This document shows, in pieces, positions 51,802 through 59,760 of a stretch of 64,000 nt of DNA. The translations under genes were made by a program, and so were the position numbers. Positions within the stretch are counted from its first letter, which is position 1. The number at the start of each line of letters is the position of its first letter. Source of the DNA: an uncultured delta proteobacterium (lineage in GTDB: Bacteria > Myxococcota > Kuafuiibacteriia > Kuafuiibacteriales > Kuafuiibacteriaceae); NCBI GenBank assembly GCA_963803435.1, contig CAWDML010000008.1, positions 352,001 to 416,000 of the forward strand, written 5' to 3'. The notes below the pieces were generated by a model that saw only the letters and a program-made list of their open reading frames with translations, had not been told where the DNA came from and searched no databases.

Positions 51802-52217
51802 TTGGTCTTCTCCTGTGTGGTCTTGATGGCGGCGAGGATGAAGCGAGCTCGCTCTCCGATTCGTGTCCGTGGTTGGATCTTGAATGCCGCGGCCAAGTGC
51901 GTTTCCGCGGTTCCGGCATCCTGCCGCTCATTCCAGATCAGCTCGCCCAGATAGAGGTGCGCCTCCTGATCGTTCGCGTTGAGCGCGAGCGCTTTCAGAT
52001 ACGCCGCTTCGGCCTCTTCGGTCTGTCCGAGGGAATAGAGCGAAGCGCCGATTCCAACTTGGGGTCGCGACCAAGCGGGACGAGCAACGGCGGCCCCTCG
52101 ATAGACCCTGAGCGCGTTGTCGAACTTCCCGGACTTGAAGGCCAGGCTGGCGGCGAACATCAGCGCGTCGACGCTCTCCTGCGCGAGCTCGGGAATCTTG
52201 AAGGCGGGCTGCATCAT
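51798..52217 (-). CDS. SycD/LcrH-like TPR type III secretion chaperone
   Basis: 139 aa with three TPRs (A...FKSGKFDNALRVYRG; GIGASLYSLGQTEEA..AY..AL; AHLYLGE) and C-terminal RARFILAAI. Confidence 0.7.
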   Translation of the reverse strand: MMQPAFKIPELAQESVDALMFAASLAFKSGKFDNALRVYRGAAVARPAWSRPQVGIGASLYSLGQTEEAEAAYLKALALNANDQEAHLYLGELIWNERQDAGTAETHLAAAFKIQPRTRIGERARFILAAIKTTQEKTK

Positions 52218-52375
52218 CTTCTCCCCCTAGGGCGGTTGACGTAGTCTCCTTATCGGGTTGATGTAGGTGTAGTTGCGCCTAGCGCGTACCCGTCCGCGTA
52301 TGTCCACGGTCTTGGTGCTTCTCGCGCAACCGTGGGAGCGCCGGACGCGATAACGAAGATGTCGAGCCCTGCCCG

Positions 52376-53599
52376 GTGAGAGTGCTGTTCGTGACACCCG
52401 GCGAGTTTTCCGCAGGCGAGGCGATCACCGCCGTCCACGCTGCGGAGCGGATCGCGAAGGTGGGGGGCCAGGTCCACGTCCTCGCCTCGCGCTTCACCTC
52501 CGGATTCGCGAAGGGCCTCGACACCACCGTGATGGGCGAGGACGCGGGCGAGAACCGTGCCGCCTGGGCGCGCACGCTGCGCGCGTTCTCACCCGACGCG
52601 ATCGTGTTCGCCGACTTCGCGATGACCTTCTTCTCGAGCGGCGTGGCTCCGCTCGGCGACGGCGCCTGGTTGCGTTCGCTCGGTGGTGTGGACGCGGAGC
52701 TCTTCACGTTCGATCACCTCGGGTTCGCGCAGGGGCCGATGAACGTGTTCTACGGGCCGCCGCACCTCGGGATCGTCGAGCCCATCCAGCAGCCGCCCAG
52801 CCGGATGAACGTGCTGCTCCCCTGTCCGGTGCAGGAGCCGAGCCCGGTGGAGGGACGGCGCGGGATCCCGTTTCGCTACTGGGCGCCGCCGGTCCTCGAC
52901 GACGACACCAAGCGGAAGGTCCGCGCTCGCTACGGGGGCGACGACCTGTTGGTGTTCCACTCGGTGCCGACTTGGGCGTGGGAGTGGGCGGCTCGGTTCG
53001 GCCATCCTTACTACGAGTCGCTGACGGCGCTGCTCGAGCTCCAGCTCGAGGGTCTGCCGCGGCCGGTCACCGTGGTCTCGGTGAACAACGGAAGGCTGCT
53101 CTCCGCCTCCACGAAGCTCAGGATCCTGAACCTGTCGACGCTCCCGAAGGAGGACTACGAGGCGCTGATCCTCTCCTCGGATCTGATGCTGACGGAGAAC
53201 GCGATCTCGGTGAGCCTCGGCAAGGCCGTCTGCGGCGGTGTCCCGGGCGTGGTGCTCAAGAACAGTCGCTTCGCCAAGGACGTCCTCGCGGGCGCCGAGC
53301 CGGCGGTGGCCGCGATCGTCGAGGCGATGGAGGCGCGCCACCCGGGCGCGGTCTATCCGTACGAGGTCTTTCCGATCTGGGGACGCCGGCAGGTCGAGAA
53401 GCTGGGCGTCTTCAAGGCCTCGAGCTACCCGGAGGGCGTGGCGGCGCTGGAGATCTTCGGGGGCGCCGAGACGAGGGCCGCGCTCTCGCGCCTGCTCACG
53501 GATCCGGACACGCGCGCGTCGCTCATCGCGAAGCAGAGGGCCTACGCCGATCGCGTGGCGGCGCTCCCGCAGATCGAAGACGTCATCCTTCGCCCGTGA
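52376..53599 (+). CDS. Glycosyltransferase-like protein (GT-B fold; DUF6365-like)
   Basis: MRVLFVTP..S.GEAI, PDAIVFAD, YEALILSSDLMLTEN..SVSLGKAV..GVP. Confidence 0.55.
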   Translation: MRVLFVTPGEFSAGEAITAVHAAERIAKVGGQVHVLASRFTSGFAKGLDTTVMGEDAGENRAAWARTLRAFSPDAIVFADFAMTFFSSGVAPLGDGAWLRSLGGVDAELFTFDHLGFAQGPMNVFYGPPHLGIVEPIQQPPSRMNVLLPCPVQEPSPVEGRRGIPFRYWAPPVLDDDTKRKVRARYGGDDLLVFHSVPTWAWEWAARFGHPYYESLTALLELQLEGLPRPVTVVSVNNGRLLSASTKLRILNLSTLPKEDYEALILSSDLMLTENAISVSLGKAVCGGVPGVVLKNSRFAKDVLAGAEPAVAAIVEAMEARHPGAVYPYEVFPIWGRRQVEKLGVFKASSYPEGVAALEIFGGAETRAALSRLLTDPDTRASLIAKQRAYADRVAALPQIEDVILRP

Positions 53600-54368
53600 A
53601 CACCAGCCCGCGCTCCATCAGCAGCCGCATGGTCGAGGCGAGCCCGTCCGGCGTGCCCACGTCGCGGAACACGCCGTCCTCGAAGACGTGCGCGATCACC
53701 ACGAAGCCGGCGGCGCGCGCCGCTTCCATGGCGTGGCTCAGCACGCCCTCGCTGCCCGCCGGCCGGCGCTGGTCCCAGTCCGCGCAGAAGTCGGTGAAGC
53801 GCGCCGACCAGGAGAGCACGCCCCAGGTGTTCTTCGCCGGCGCCGCCTTCGGCTTGTCGTGGATCGCGAGCACGCGCCCGGCGGCGCCGATCTCCACCGG
53901 TGCGAGGCGTTCCGGCTCCTCCGTCGGGAACACGCCCAGGGCCAGGTCGGCGGCGGCGGCGATCCGCGCCTGATGGAGCCTCGCCAGCGCGTCGCGCGGG
54001 AAGATCACGGTGTCGGGGAGCGCGAACAGGACGTCCGCCCCGGCGAGCCACGGTCGCGCGATCCGGACCACATGGGTGAGACCGCGCGCCTCCGCCTGCA
54101 CCAGATAGCCGAGGTCGACGCCGGCATCCTTTCCGTCACCGAGCACGCGCACCAGCTCGAACTTCTCGTCGGAGATCACGGCGAAGCAACGGTCGACGCC
54201 GGCCAGCCGCATCCCCTCCAGCGAGAAGTGACAGACCGGCGCCGGGACCGCGCTGCCGCCGGGTCCGCGCAGGAGGAGCGGAAAGAGCTCCTTCGGTGAT
54301 CGATAGGGGCGGAGCCTCGCGCCCATTCCAGCAGCGGGGAGTAGACCGATGAGCGGCACGGGCCGCAT
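53583..54368 (-). CDS. Sugar-phosphate nucleotidyltransferase (RmlA-like NTP_transferase)
   Basis: LLPAAGMGARLRP...PKEL.P, Q.EARGL, LPDT, DVGTPDG; true start may be GTG at 54359. Confidence 0.85.
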   Translation of the reverse strand: MRPVPLIGLLPAAGMGARLRPYRSPKELFPLLLRGPGGSAVPAPVCHFSLEGMRLAGVDRCFAVISDEKFELVRVLGDGKDAGVDLGYLVQAEARGLTHVVRIARPWLAGADVLFALPDTVIFPRDALARLHQARIAAAADLALGVFPTEEPERLAPVEIGAAGRVLAIHDKPKAAPAKNTWGVLSWSARFTDFCADWDQRRPAGSEGVLSHAMEAARAAGFVVIAHVFEDGVFRDVGTPDGLASTMRLLMERGLVFTGEG

Positions 54369-54389
54369 GGTAGCATTCGCCGCCAGGAA

Positions 54390-55236
54390 TCAGCTCCTGC
54401 GGTTGCTGTTGTTGCGGTCGCTCGTGCTCCGGCGGAAGTCGCGGTCGATTCTTGTCGAGCTCCTTCAGGTGCTGGGTGTCGCCTTCCAGGATGTCGCTGA
54501 AGAGCTTGTCCGCCTGGCTGACAGCGCTCTTGGCCTGCTTGCCGCCTTGCTGGACGCTCCGCCGGGTCCATTCCGCGGTGGTGCCGACCAACGTGTCGAC
54601 GTTGGTGTTGATCGCCTCCTGGAGCTTCTGACGGACGTACTCGCCCTTCATCTCGCTCGAGGTCTTGCGGTGCGCCATCATGAACCCGACCGCCTCGTCG
54701 TTGTTGAGGCCGTCCTTGCCCGCCTTGACCAGATCATCGACCTCGCCCGTCTGCTGCAGCACGTCGGAGTCGGTGAACCCGAGCTCGTGGAGGTGGTCGG
54801 CGCTCAGGTTCGTATCCTGCCCGGTGAGCACCCGGAGCTGATCGTCGCTGAACCGGTCTCCGACCGTCCGTCCGTTCTCGAGAGGCGTGTCCTTGAGCCG
54901 CTGCATGGCGGCCTCGTCGCCCGGATTGTCCCGGACCGCCCGCAGATTGTCCCGCAGGGCGGGCATGTTCTGCTTGGCGGTCTGTTGCGACGAGACCGTC
55001 TTGCCCAGGCTCTGGGAGGATTCGGCGATCTTCACCCCATCCATGCCGATCTGCACGGTCTGCTGCATCTGCTTGATGCTCGAGGCGACCTCCTTGCTCT
55101 CCATCTCCTGCTTGAGGAGCGACTGCTTCTGGTCGGAGGCCGCGTCCGAGAGGAGCTTCGACTCCTTGCTCGTCTCGATTGAATGCTTCGCCGCCCACTG
55201 CAGGACGACATTTCCTTGGTTGATGAAGACTCCCAT
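54390..55236 (-). CDS. Coiled-coil hypothetical protein, third gene of the translocator-like operon (frameshift at ~54449)
   Basis: Good RBS and codon usage. Removing one base at GATTC 54447-54451 gives ...ELDKIDRDFRRSTSDRNNSNRRS* with stop at 54390 and avoids the overlap with the next gene. Confidence 0.65.
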
Positions 55237-55246
55237 GATCGTCCCC

Positions 55247-55759
55247 TTAGAACTTCGCCCGCTCGGTTTCGCTCTGTTTCATGTCGATCTGCTTGGCCAT
55301 GACCTCGTTCACGAAGTTGCGTCGGTCCTCGTCCGACTTCTTCATGTCCTTGACCTTGTCGGCCTCCTTCTCGGCTTCCATCTCCTTGAGACCGGCCTTC
55401 TTCTCCTTCATGGCCGCCTCTTGCTCCTTGCCCTTCTGTTCGAGGTGGGCGAGCAGCATGAACACCGCGGCCACGACCGCGATGATGGCGCCGATGATGG
55501 TACCGATGGGCGGGAAGCACGCGCAGACCGCCGCTGCGGCCGCGAGACCGCCCGCGATCGCCTGATAGCGCGTCGCGGCGTCGCTGGCCTCGCCTCGCGT
55601 CTGCCCGGCTTCCTGGTTCAGCTGAAGCTGCTTGGTCTTGGCCTCGGTCTGCCGCTTTCGGGCGATCGAGATGTTCTCGGAGGCGTCCTTCGCCTCTTCG
55701 GATTGGTTCTTCTGGAGCAGCATGACATTGCGGTCCAGAGCGGCGCTGTTGATCTTCAT
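55247..55759 (-). CDS. Small hydrophobic translocator-like protein (coiled coil, TM hairpin, coiled coil)
   Basis: AIAGGLAAAAAVCACFPPIGTIIGAIIAVVAAVFMLLA between charged helices; no signal peptide; AAGGAG RBS. Confidence 0.6.
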   Translation of the reverse strand: MKINSAALDRNVMLLQKNQSEEAKDASENISIARKRQTEAKTKQLQLNQEAGQTRGEASDAATRYQAIAGGLAAAAAVCACFPPIGTIIGAIIAVVAAVFMLLAHLEQKGKEQEAAMKEKKAGLKEMEAEKEADKVKDMKKSDEDRRNFVNEVMAKQIDMKQSETERAKF

Positions 55760-55782
55760 GATGGATTCTCCTTCGCGTGGAC

Positions 55783-56229
55783 TTATTCGATTGAGTTGAA
55801 CCGCGAGTCCCGCAGCTCCTGGCGGAACTGGTCGGCCTCATGCTGCTTCTTCTCGGCCTCGTCGAGCGTTTCCTTCGCGTCGTCGCCTCGGTCCTTGGCC
55901 TTGTCATACTGAAGGTCGGTGAAGCCGACCTCCTTCTTGAGCTGCCCGGCCGCGTCGCGATTTCCTTCGCCGACCGCGTTGCCGATGGCCTTTCCGATGA
56001 GCCCGCCGATCAAGAACCCACCGAAGATGGTGCCGAGAAGGGCTCCCTTGTTCTCCTTCTCGCGGGACGACTTGTTCTCGTCGACCTCTTTCATCTCCTT
56101 GTCGTAGGACTCCTGCGTGAGCTTTCGCTCCTGGTCGACGGCGCGGTTGATGTCTTCGCGAGAGGCCTTCTGAGACTCGACGCTCGATTCCATCTGGACC
56201 TTCGCGACAATGCTGGATACCGGTTTCAT
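55783..56229 (-). CDS. Glycine-zipper coiled-coil protein, translocator-like
   Basis: GALLGTIFGGFLIGGLIGKAIGNAVG between charged helices; AAGGAG RBS; sigma54-type promoter upstream. Confidence 0.6.
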   Translation of the reverse strand: MKPVSSIVAKVQMESSVESQKASREDINRAVDQERKLTQESYDKEMKEVDENKSSREKENKGALLGTIFGGFLIGGLIGKAIGNAVGEGNRDAAGQLKKEVGFTDLQYDKAKDRGDDAKETLDEAEKKQHEADQFRQELRDSRFNSIE

Positions 56230-56261
56230 TCGCTCGTTCTCCTTTGGTCGGAAAACGCTTG

Positions 56262-56278
56262 ATCAAGCTGCGTGCCAG
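56262..56278 (-). promoter_or_regulatory. Sigma54 (-24/-12) promoter for the 56229-54390 operon
   Basis: CTGGCACGCAGCTTGAT versus consensus YTGGCACGNNNNTTGCW. Confidence 0.75.
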
Positions 56279-56362
56279 CCAGACTGAGAAGGGGACGGAC
56301 CCGAACGCTCGCGCTGAGCGCCCCTCGACGTGCAGGTCCCGCCGCTCGAGCGGCGGACGGAA

Positions 56363-56375
56363 TGCAGGTGCTGCA
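56363..56375. promoter_or_regulatory. Palindromic putative enhancer (UAS) TGCAG-N3-CTGCA
   Basis: TGCAGGTGCTGCA lies between the divergent sigma54 promoters; same motif at 59761. Confidence 0.55.
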
Positions 56376-56427
56376 CTCGGACCCGGCGCTCGCACCGCCC
56401 GGGACGAGCAGCGCATCACCTTCCGAG

Positions 56428-56444
56428 CTGGCACGCGGCTTGTA
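56428..56444 (+). promoter_or_regulatory. Sigma54 (-24/-12) promoter for the 56486 operon
   Basis: CTGGCACGCGGCTTGTA. Confidence 0.75.
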
Positions 56445-56485
56445 CCAAGCGCCTCCAACAGGCTCGACGAAGGAGACATGAAGAA

Positions 56486-56968
56486 ATGGCAAGCGGAATC
56501 GACGCACTCAAGTATCTGAGCTCACTCCAGGCGGCTGCCGCATCCGAGGATGCGCAGGATGCCTCCAACAAGGGACGTGACCTGCTGATCAAGCAGAAGA
56601 ACGTTCGCGCCCGCCAGCAGGCCTTCGAGCGCATGGTCGCCGACAAGGAGCTGACGGGGACCGAGCGCGCCAATCTCGACAAGATGATGAGCGAGATCGG
56701 GATGGACACGACCACGCTCAACAGCATTCAGGGCACCAAGATCGACGCGGGTTCGGACGATACGGACGCGCGCGACAACGCCAACAAGGTCGAGACCCTC
56801 CGAAAGGACTTCGAGGGTCAGCTGAAGGATTTCGAGTCGCAGGAGCGCCTCGACAACTTCGGCATCCAGGAGCTGATGAGCCGTTACAACCAGGCCGAGC
56901 AGCTCGCCTCTTCGATCGAGAAGGGCGACTCGACGGCGCAGAACGCCATCATTTCGAAGATCGGATAA
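56486..56968 (+). CDS. T3SS needle/filament-like protein, paralogue 1
   Basis: MASGIDALK...; C-terminal helix IQELMSRYNQAEQLASSIEKGDSTAQNAIISKIG resembles SctF/EspA/Bsp22-type C-termini; AAGGAG RBS. Confidence 0.6.
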   Translation: MASGIDALKYLSSLQAAAASEDAQDASNKGRDLLIKQKNVRARQQAFERMVADKELTGTERANLDKMMSEIGMDTTTLNSIQGTKIDAGSDDTDARDNANKVETLRKDFEGQLKDFESQERLDNFGIQELMSRYNQAEQLASSIEKGDSTAQNAIISKIG

Positions 56969-56978
56969 GGAGGACGTC

Positions 56979-57413
56979 ATGGCAAACATCGGCAGCGTGC
57001 AGGCCGCAGTCGCCTACATTTCGACCGAGACCGCCGGCGGTCAGGAGGAGAGCGGCCGAACCGATCTCCACCGAGCCGACACCGAGCGGAAGCAGCTCCA
57101 GCAAGAGATCAAGGAGAAGCAGGCCAAGATCCAGGAGCTCCAGAAGGAGCTCGAGGGGGCCACCGACGACGCGAAGAGCTTCGGCGGCAAGATCAAGAGC
57201 CTCTGGGGCGACGACAGCGGCGTCGGCAAGCTGGGCGATCAGCTCCAGAAGACGTCCGCGGAGATGAAGAAGGAGATGCGGACCCTCGAGCAGAAGCAGG
57301 TCGAGATGGAGGCCATGCTCAAGGAGCTGCAGCAGGCTCAGCAGGAGCTGGGCGGTCACCTCCAGGAGCACCGAAAGACGAACTCCGAGAACGATCGGAC
57401 CTCCTCCTTCTAG
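56979..57413 (+). CDS. Coiled-coil hypothetical protein, co-transcribed with filament paralogue 1
   Basis: AAGGAGG RBS; heptad-rich; short amphipathic SFGGKIKSLWG segment. Confidence 0.7.
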   Translation: MANIGSVQAAVAYISTETAGGQEESGRTDLHRADTERKQLQQEIKEKQAKIQELQKELEGATDDAKSFGGKIKSLWGDDSGVGKLGDQLQKTSAEMKKEMRTLEQKQVEMEAMLKELQQAQQELGGHLQEHRKTNSENDRTSSF

Positions 57414-57423
57414 CGCACCGATC

Positions 57424-57630
57424 ACGACTTCACGAAAGCGAAACAACGAGACGACTCCCCCCTCGCGTGCGGTATCCCGAGCACCATCCCAACCGCCGTA
57501 CGTGAGGGGCGCGGAGCGACGCCCTCGCTCTGGCCCCGTGCGACCGCACGTTGCCTCCCTGCCCCCCAACCTGGGTTGAAAGCGATTCGTTCCGCCGATG
57601 GCCTCCGGTTACCTCTCGCGTCGAAGTCAT
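57424..57630 (-). ncRNA. Candidate ~207-nt structured RNA of unknown family
   Basis: Intergenic. Ends pair (atgacttc/gaagtcgt, gcgagag/ctttcgt) with G-U pairs on the minus strand; internal stems gtgcggt/accgcac and ttcaacc/ggttggg. Confidence 0.35.
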
Positions 57631-57741
57631 CGTTGTCGTCACACTCCGCGAGCGGCGCGGCGCTCCAGTCCCCGCAGGCGGTGAACCGTCGCCGCATGGC
57701 CGGGGATTGCCATCGCGGCGAGGCCGGTGCACTCATCCCTC

Positions 57742-58536
57742 ATGAGCGCCGCCACCTACGTCGAGCTCTCGTCGCCGTCCGCCGCCGCCGATCTGGTGGT
57801 GGTCGCGGCCCGCGCGGGCAGCCTCACCGTCGGCCTCGCGGTGGCCGATCTCGACGGAACCCAGGCCCACGTGCGGTCGTTCTTCGTGGAGCCGAGCCAC
57901 TGGGGCCGCGGGCTCGGGAGCGGTCTCGCGGCGGCGCTGGAAGACGCGGTGCGCGGCCGGGGCGCCAAGCGGATCGAGGCCATGTACGAAGGCACCAGCC
58001 CCGCGGCCGGGGCCGCGGCCCGGGTCGCGGAGAGGCGCGGCTTTCAACCGTCGCAGCCGAGCACCCTGGTGTGTCGAGCGTCCGAGCGGATGCGTTCGGC
58101 GCCCTGGATGAAGCGCCCGCTGTCGCGCCTGTACCACATCTTCCCGTGGGGTGAGCTCTCGGACGCCGAACGGGCGCAGCTGAAGGCGGCGCGCTACCCG
58201 GCGGCGCTCACGCCCTTTCCGGACGAGCCGGTGGAGCTCCTGAACAGCCTGGGCCTGCGCAGGGACGGACACGTCGTGGGCTGGATGCTCACGCATCGGC
58301 TCGGGCCGGAGCTCATCCGCTACACCAGCCTGTTCGTCGATCCGGGTGAGCGGGCGCTCGGCCCCGGCATGGCGCTCCTCGCGGAGGCGATCCGGCGCCA
58401 GCTGGACAACGGTGTTCCGTTCGGGATCTTCGGGATCGGCGAAGCCAACGAACCGATGATTCGCCTGGTGCGACGAAGGATGGTGCCGTACCTGGACGCG
58501 TTTCAGGAGGTTCGATACGTGGCGAAGGATCTCTGA
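57742..58536 (+). CDS. GNAT acyltransferase with a second C-terminal domain (RiPP-cluster type)
   Basis: SFFVEPSHWGRGLGSGL; FPWGELS...YP..LTPF...LNSLGLR..G.VVGWMLTHR...IRYTSLFV. Confidence 0.75.
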   Translation: MSAATYVELSSPSAAADLVVVAARAGSLTVGLAVADLDGTQAHVRSFFVEPSHWGRGLGSGLAAALEDAVRGRGAKRIEAMYEGTSPAAGAAARVAERRGFQPSQPSTLVCRASERMRSAPWMKRPLSRLYHIFPWGELSDAERAQLKAARYPAALTPFPDEPVELLNSLGLRRDGHVVGWMLTHRLGPELIRYTSLFVDPGERALGPGMALLAEAIRRQLDNGVPFGIFGIGEANEPMIRLVRRRMVPYLDAFQEVRYVAKDL

Positions 58537-58553
58537 TCGCGCGAGCGACCCGA

Positions 58554-59015
58554 TCAGGCCTTCAGGTTGTTGATGCAGTTCATGTACTTCTTCTGCTCGG
58601 AGGCCTGAATCTCCGCGATCGTGGTGACCTTCTGGTTGTGCGCATCCAGCAGCGACTGGACCTCGAGGTTGAATTCGGGACCGAGGGTGGCGTCGGACTT
58701 GGCGCCCGACAGCTCCAGGTGCAGCTCGAAGGCGAGGTCGCCGGCCGCGACCCGACCGGTTCCGTCCTGGTCCTTGAGGTCCTGGATCGCCTGCTCGATG
58801 GATGCGGTGTCGAGGCCCATCTCACGGAACTTCGTCTTGAGCTCGTCGAGCTCTCCTTCATCGAAGTAGCCGTCGGCCGCCATCTGGTCCAGCGTGCTGT
58901 TCAGGCGGTCGTAGGCCTTCTGCCGCGACAGGTTCCGCTGCCCCTCGGCAGCGAGCTCGCCCATCTTTTTCTCGTCGTCGACAGCGCCGGCGAATAGCTC
59001 GTTGAGCAGTTTCAT
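58554..59015 (-). CDS. Divergent third member of the filament-like family
   Basis: Shares G..L.RQ.A...M.AD......E...L...F.EMG.DT with the two paralogues, plus a similar C-terminal helix VQSLLDAHNQKVTTIAEIQASEQKKYMNCINNLKA. Confidence 0.6.
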   Translation of the reverse strand: MKLLNELFAGAVDDEKKMGELAAEGQRNLSRQKAYDRLNSTLDQMAADGYFDEGELDELKTKFREMGLDTASIEQAIQDLKDQDGTGRVAAGDLAFELHLELSGAKSDATLGPEFNLEVQSLLDAHNQKVTTIAEIQASEQKKYMNCINNLKA

Positions 59016-59031
59016 GGTCTTTGCCCCACAA

Positions 59032-59087
59032 CAGGCAGAACGGCGGACGAGAACGCGTCACACGTTCCCGTCCACCGCCGCCGCCTG
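59032..59087 (-). terminator. Long intercistronic hairpin (attenuator or mRNA stabiliser)
   Basis: About 26-bp stem caggcggcggcggtggacgggaacgtg-tga-cgcgttctcgtccgccgttctgcctg, with G-U pairs only on the minus strand. Confidence 0.6.
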
Positions 59088-59094
59088 GAAAGAA

Positions 59095-59637
59095 TCAGCC
59101 GATCTTCGAGATGATCGCGTTCTGCGCCGTGGAGTCGCCCTTCTCGATGGAAGAGGCGAGCTGCTCGGCCTGGTTGTACCGGCTCATCAGCTCCTGGATG
59201 CCGAAGTTGTCGAGGCGCTCCTGGGACTCGAGGTCCTTGAGCTCGCCTTCGAAGTTCTTCCGCATCGTCTCGACCTTGTTGGCGTTGTCGCGCTCGTAGT
59301 CCTTGTCGGACCCCGCGTCGAGCTTGCCCGTCCAGCTGCCGGCCTTGTTGGTGCCGTCGGAATTCTTCTCGTAGGTGCCGAGGACGCCGCTGTTGGTGTA
59401 GTCGACGCCGAACTTGTCCATGCCGACCTCGCCCATCATGTGGTTGAGGGTCGCGTACTCGTGCTCGTCCATCACCTTGTCGGCGACGGCCCGCTCGAAG
59501 TACTGCTGCCGAGCCCGAACGTTCTTCTGGTTGATCAGAAGGTCGCGGCCCTTGTTGGACGCGTCCTGCGCGTCTTCGGAAGCCGCAGCCGCCTGGAGGC
59601 TGCTGAGACCCTTGAGTGCGTCGATTCCGGATGCCAT
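59095..59637 (-). CDS. T3SS needle/filament-like protein, paralogue 2
   Basis: N- and C-termini nearly identical to 56486..56968; 20-aa longer central region; AAGGAG RBS. Confidence 0.6.
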   Translation of the reverse strand: MASGIDALKGLSSLQAAAASEDAQDASNKGRDLLINQKNVRARQQYFERAVADKVMDEHEYATLNHMMGEVGMDKFGVDYTNSGVLGTYEKNSDGTNKAGSWTGKLDAGSDKDYERDNANKVETMRKNFEGELKDLESQERLDNFGIQELMSRYNQAEQLASSIEKGDSTAQNAIISKIG

Positions 59638-59682
59638 TTGGTTTCTCCTTTAAGCGTCTGAGGCTTGTTGGGCCGAGGAGAT

Positions 59683-59699
59683 TTCAAAGCGCGTGCCAG
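59683..59699 (-). promoter_or_regulatory. Sigma54 (-24/-12) promoter for the 59637 operon
   Basis: CTGGCACGCGCTTTGAA. Confidence 0.75.
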
Positions 59700-59760
59700 G
59701 GCCGATCCCGGGGCTGCGCCTGCGGCTCGAGCCGGGACGCCGCCCCGGTCGCTCGGGAAA

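Noticed and set aside
52250-52280. Sigma28-like -10 (CCCGATAA, minus strand) upstream of the chaperone gene
   Set aside because: No convincing -35 at the correct spacing, so it is too weak to call. No sigma54 motif is present here either.
57424-57630. Retron msr-msd
   Set aside because: The ends do pair, but there is no reverse transcriptase in the window.
56486-59637. Filament paralogues as flagellins
   Set aside because: They are too short and lack the flagellin N-terminal (INTN...RLSSG.RIN) and C-terminal (RI.D.D.A.E) motifs.
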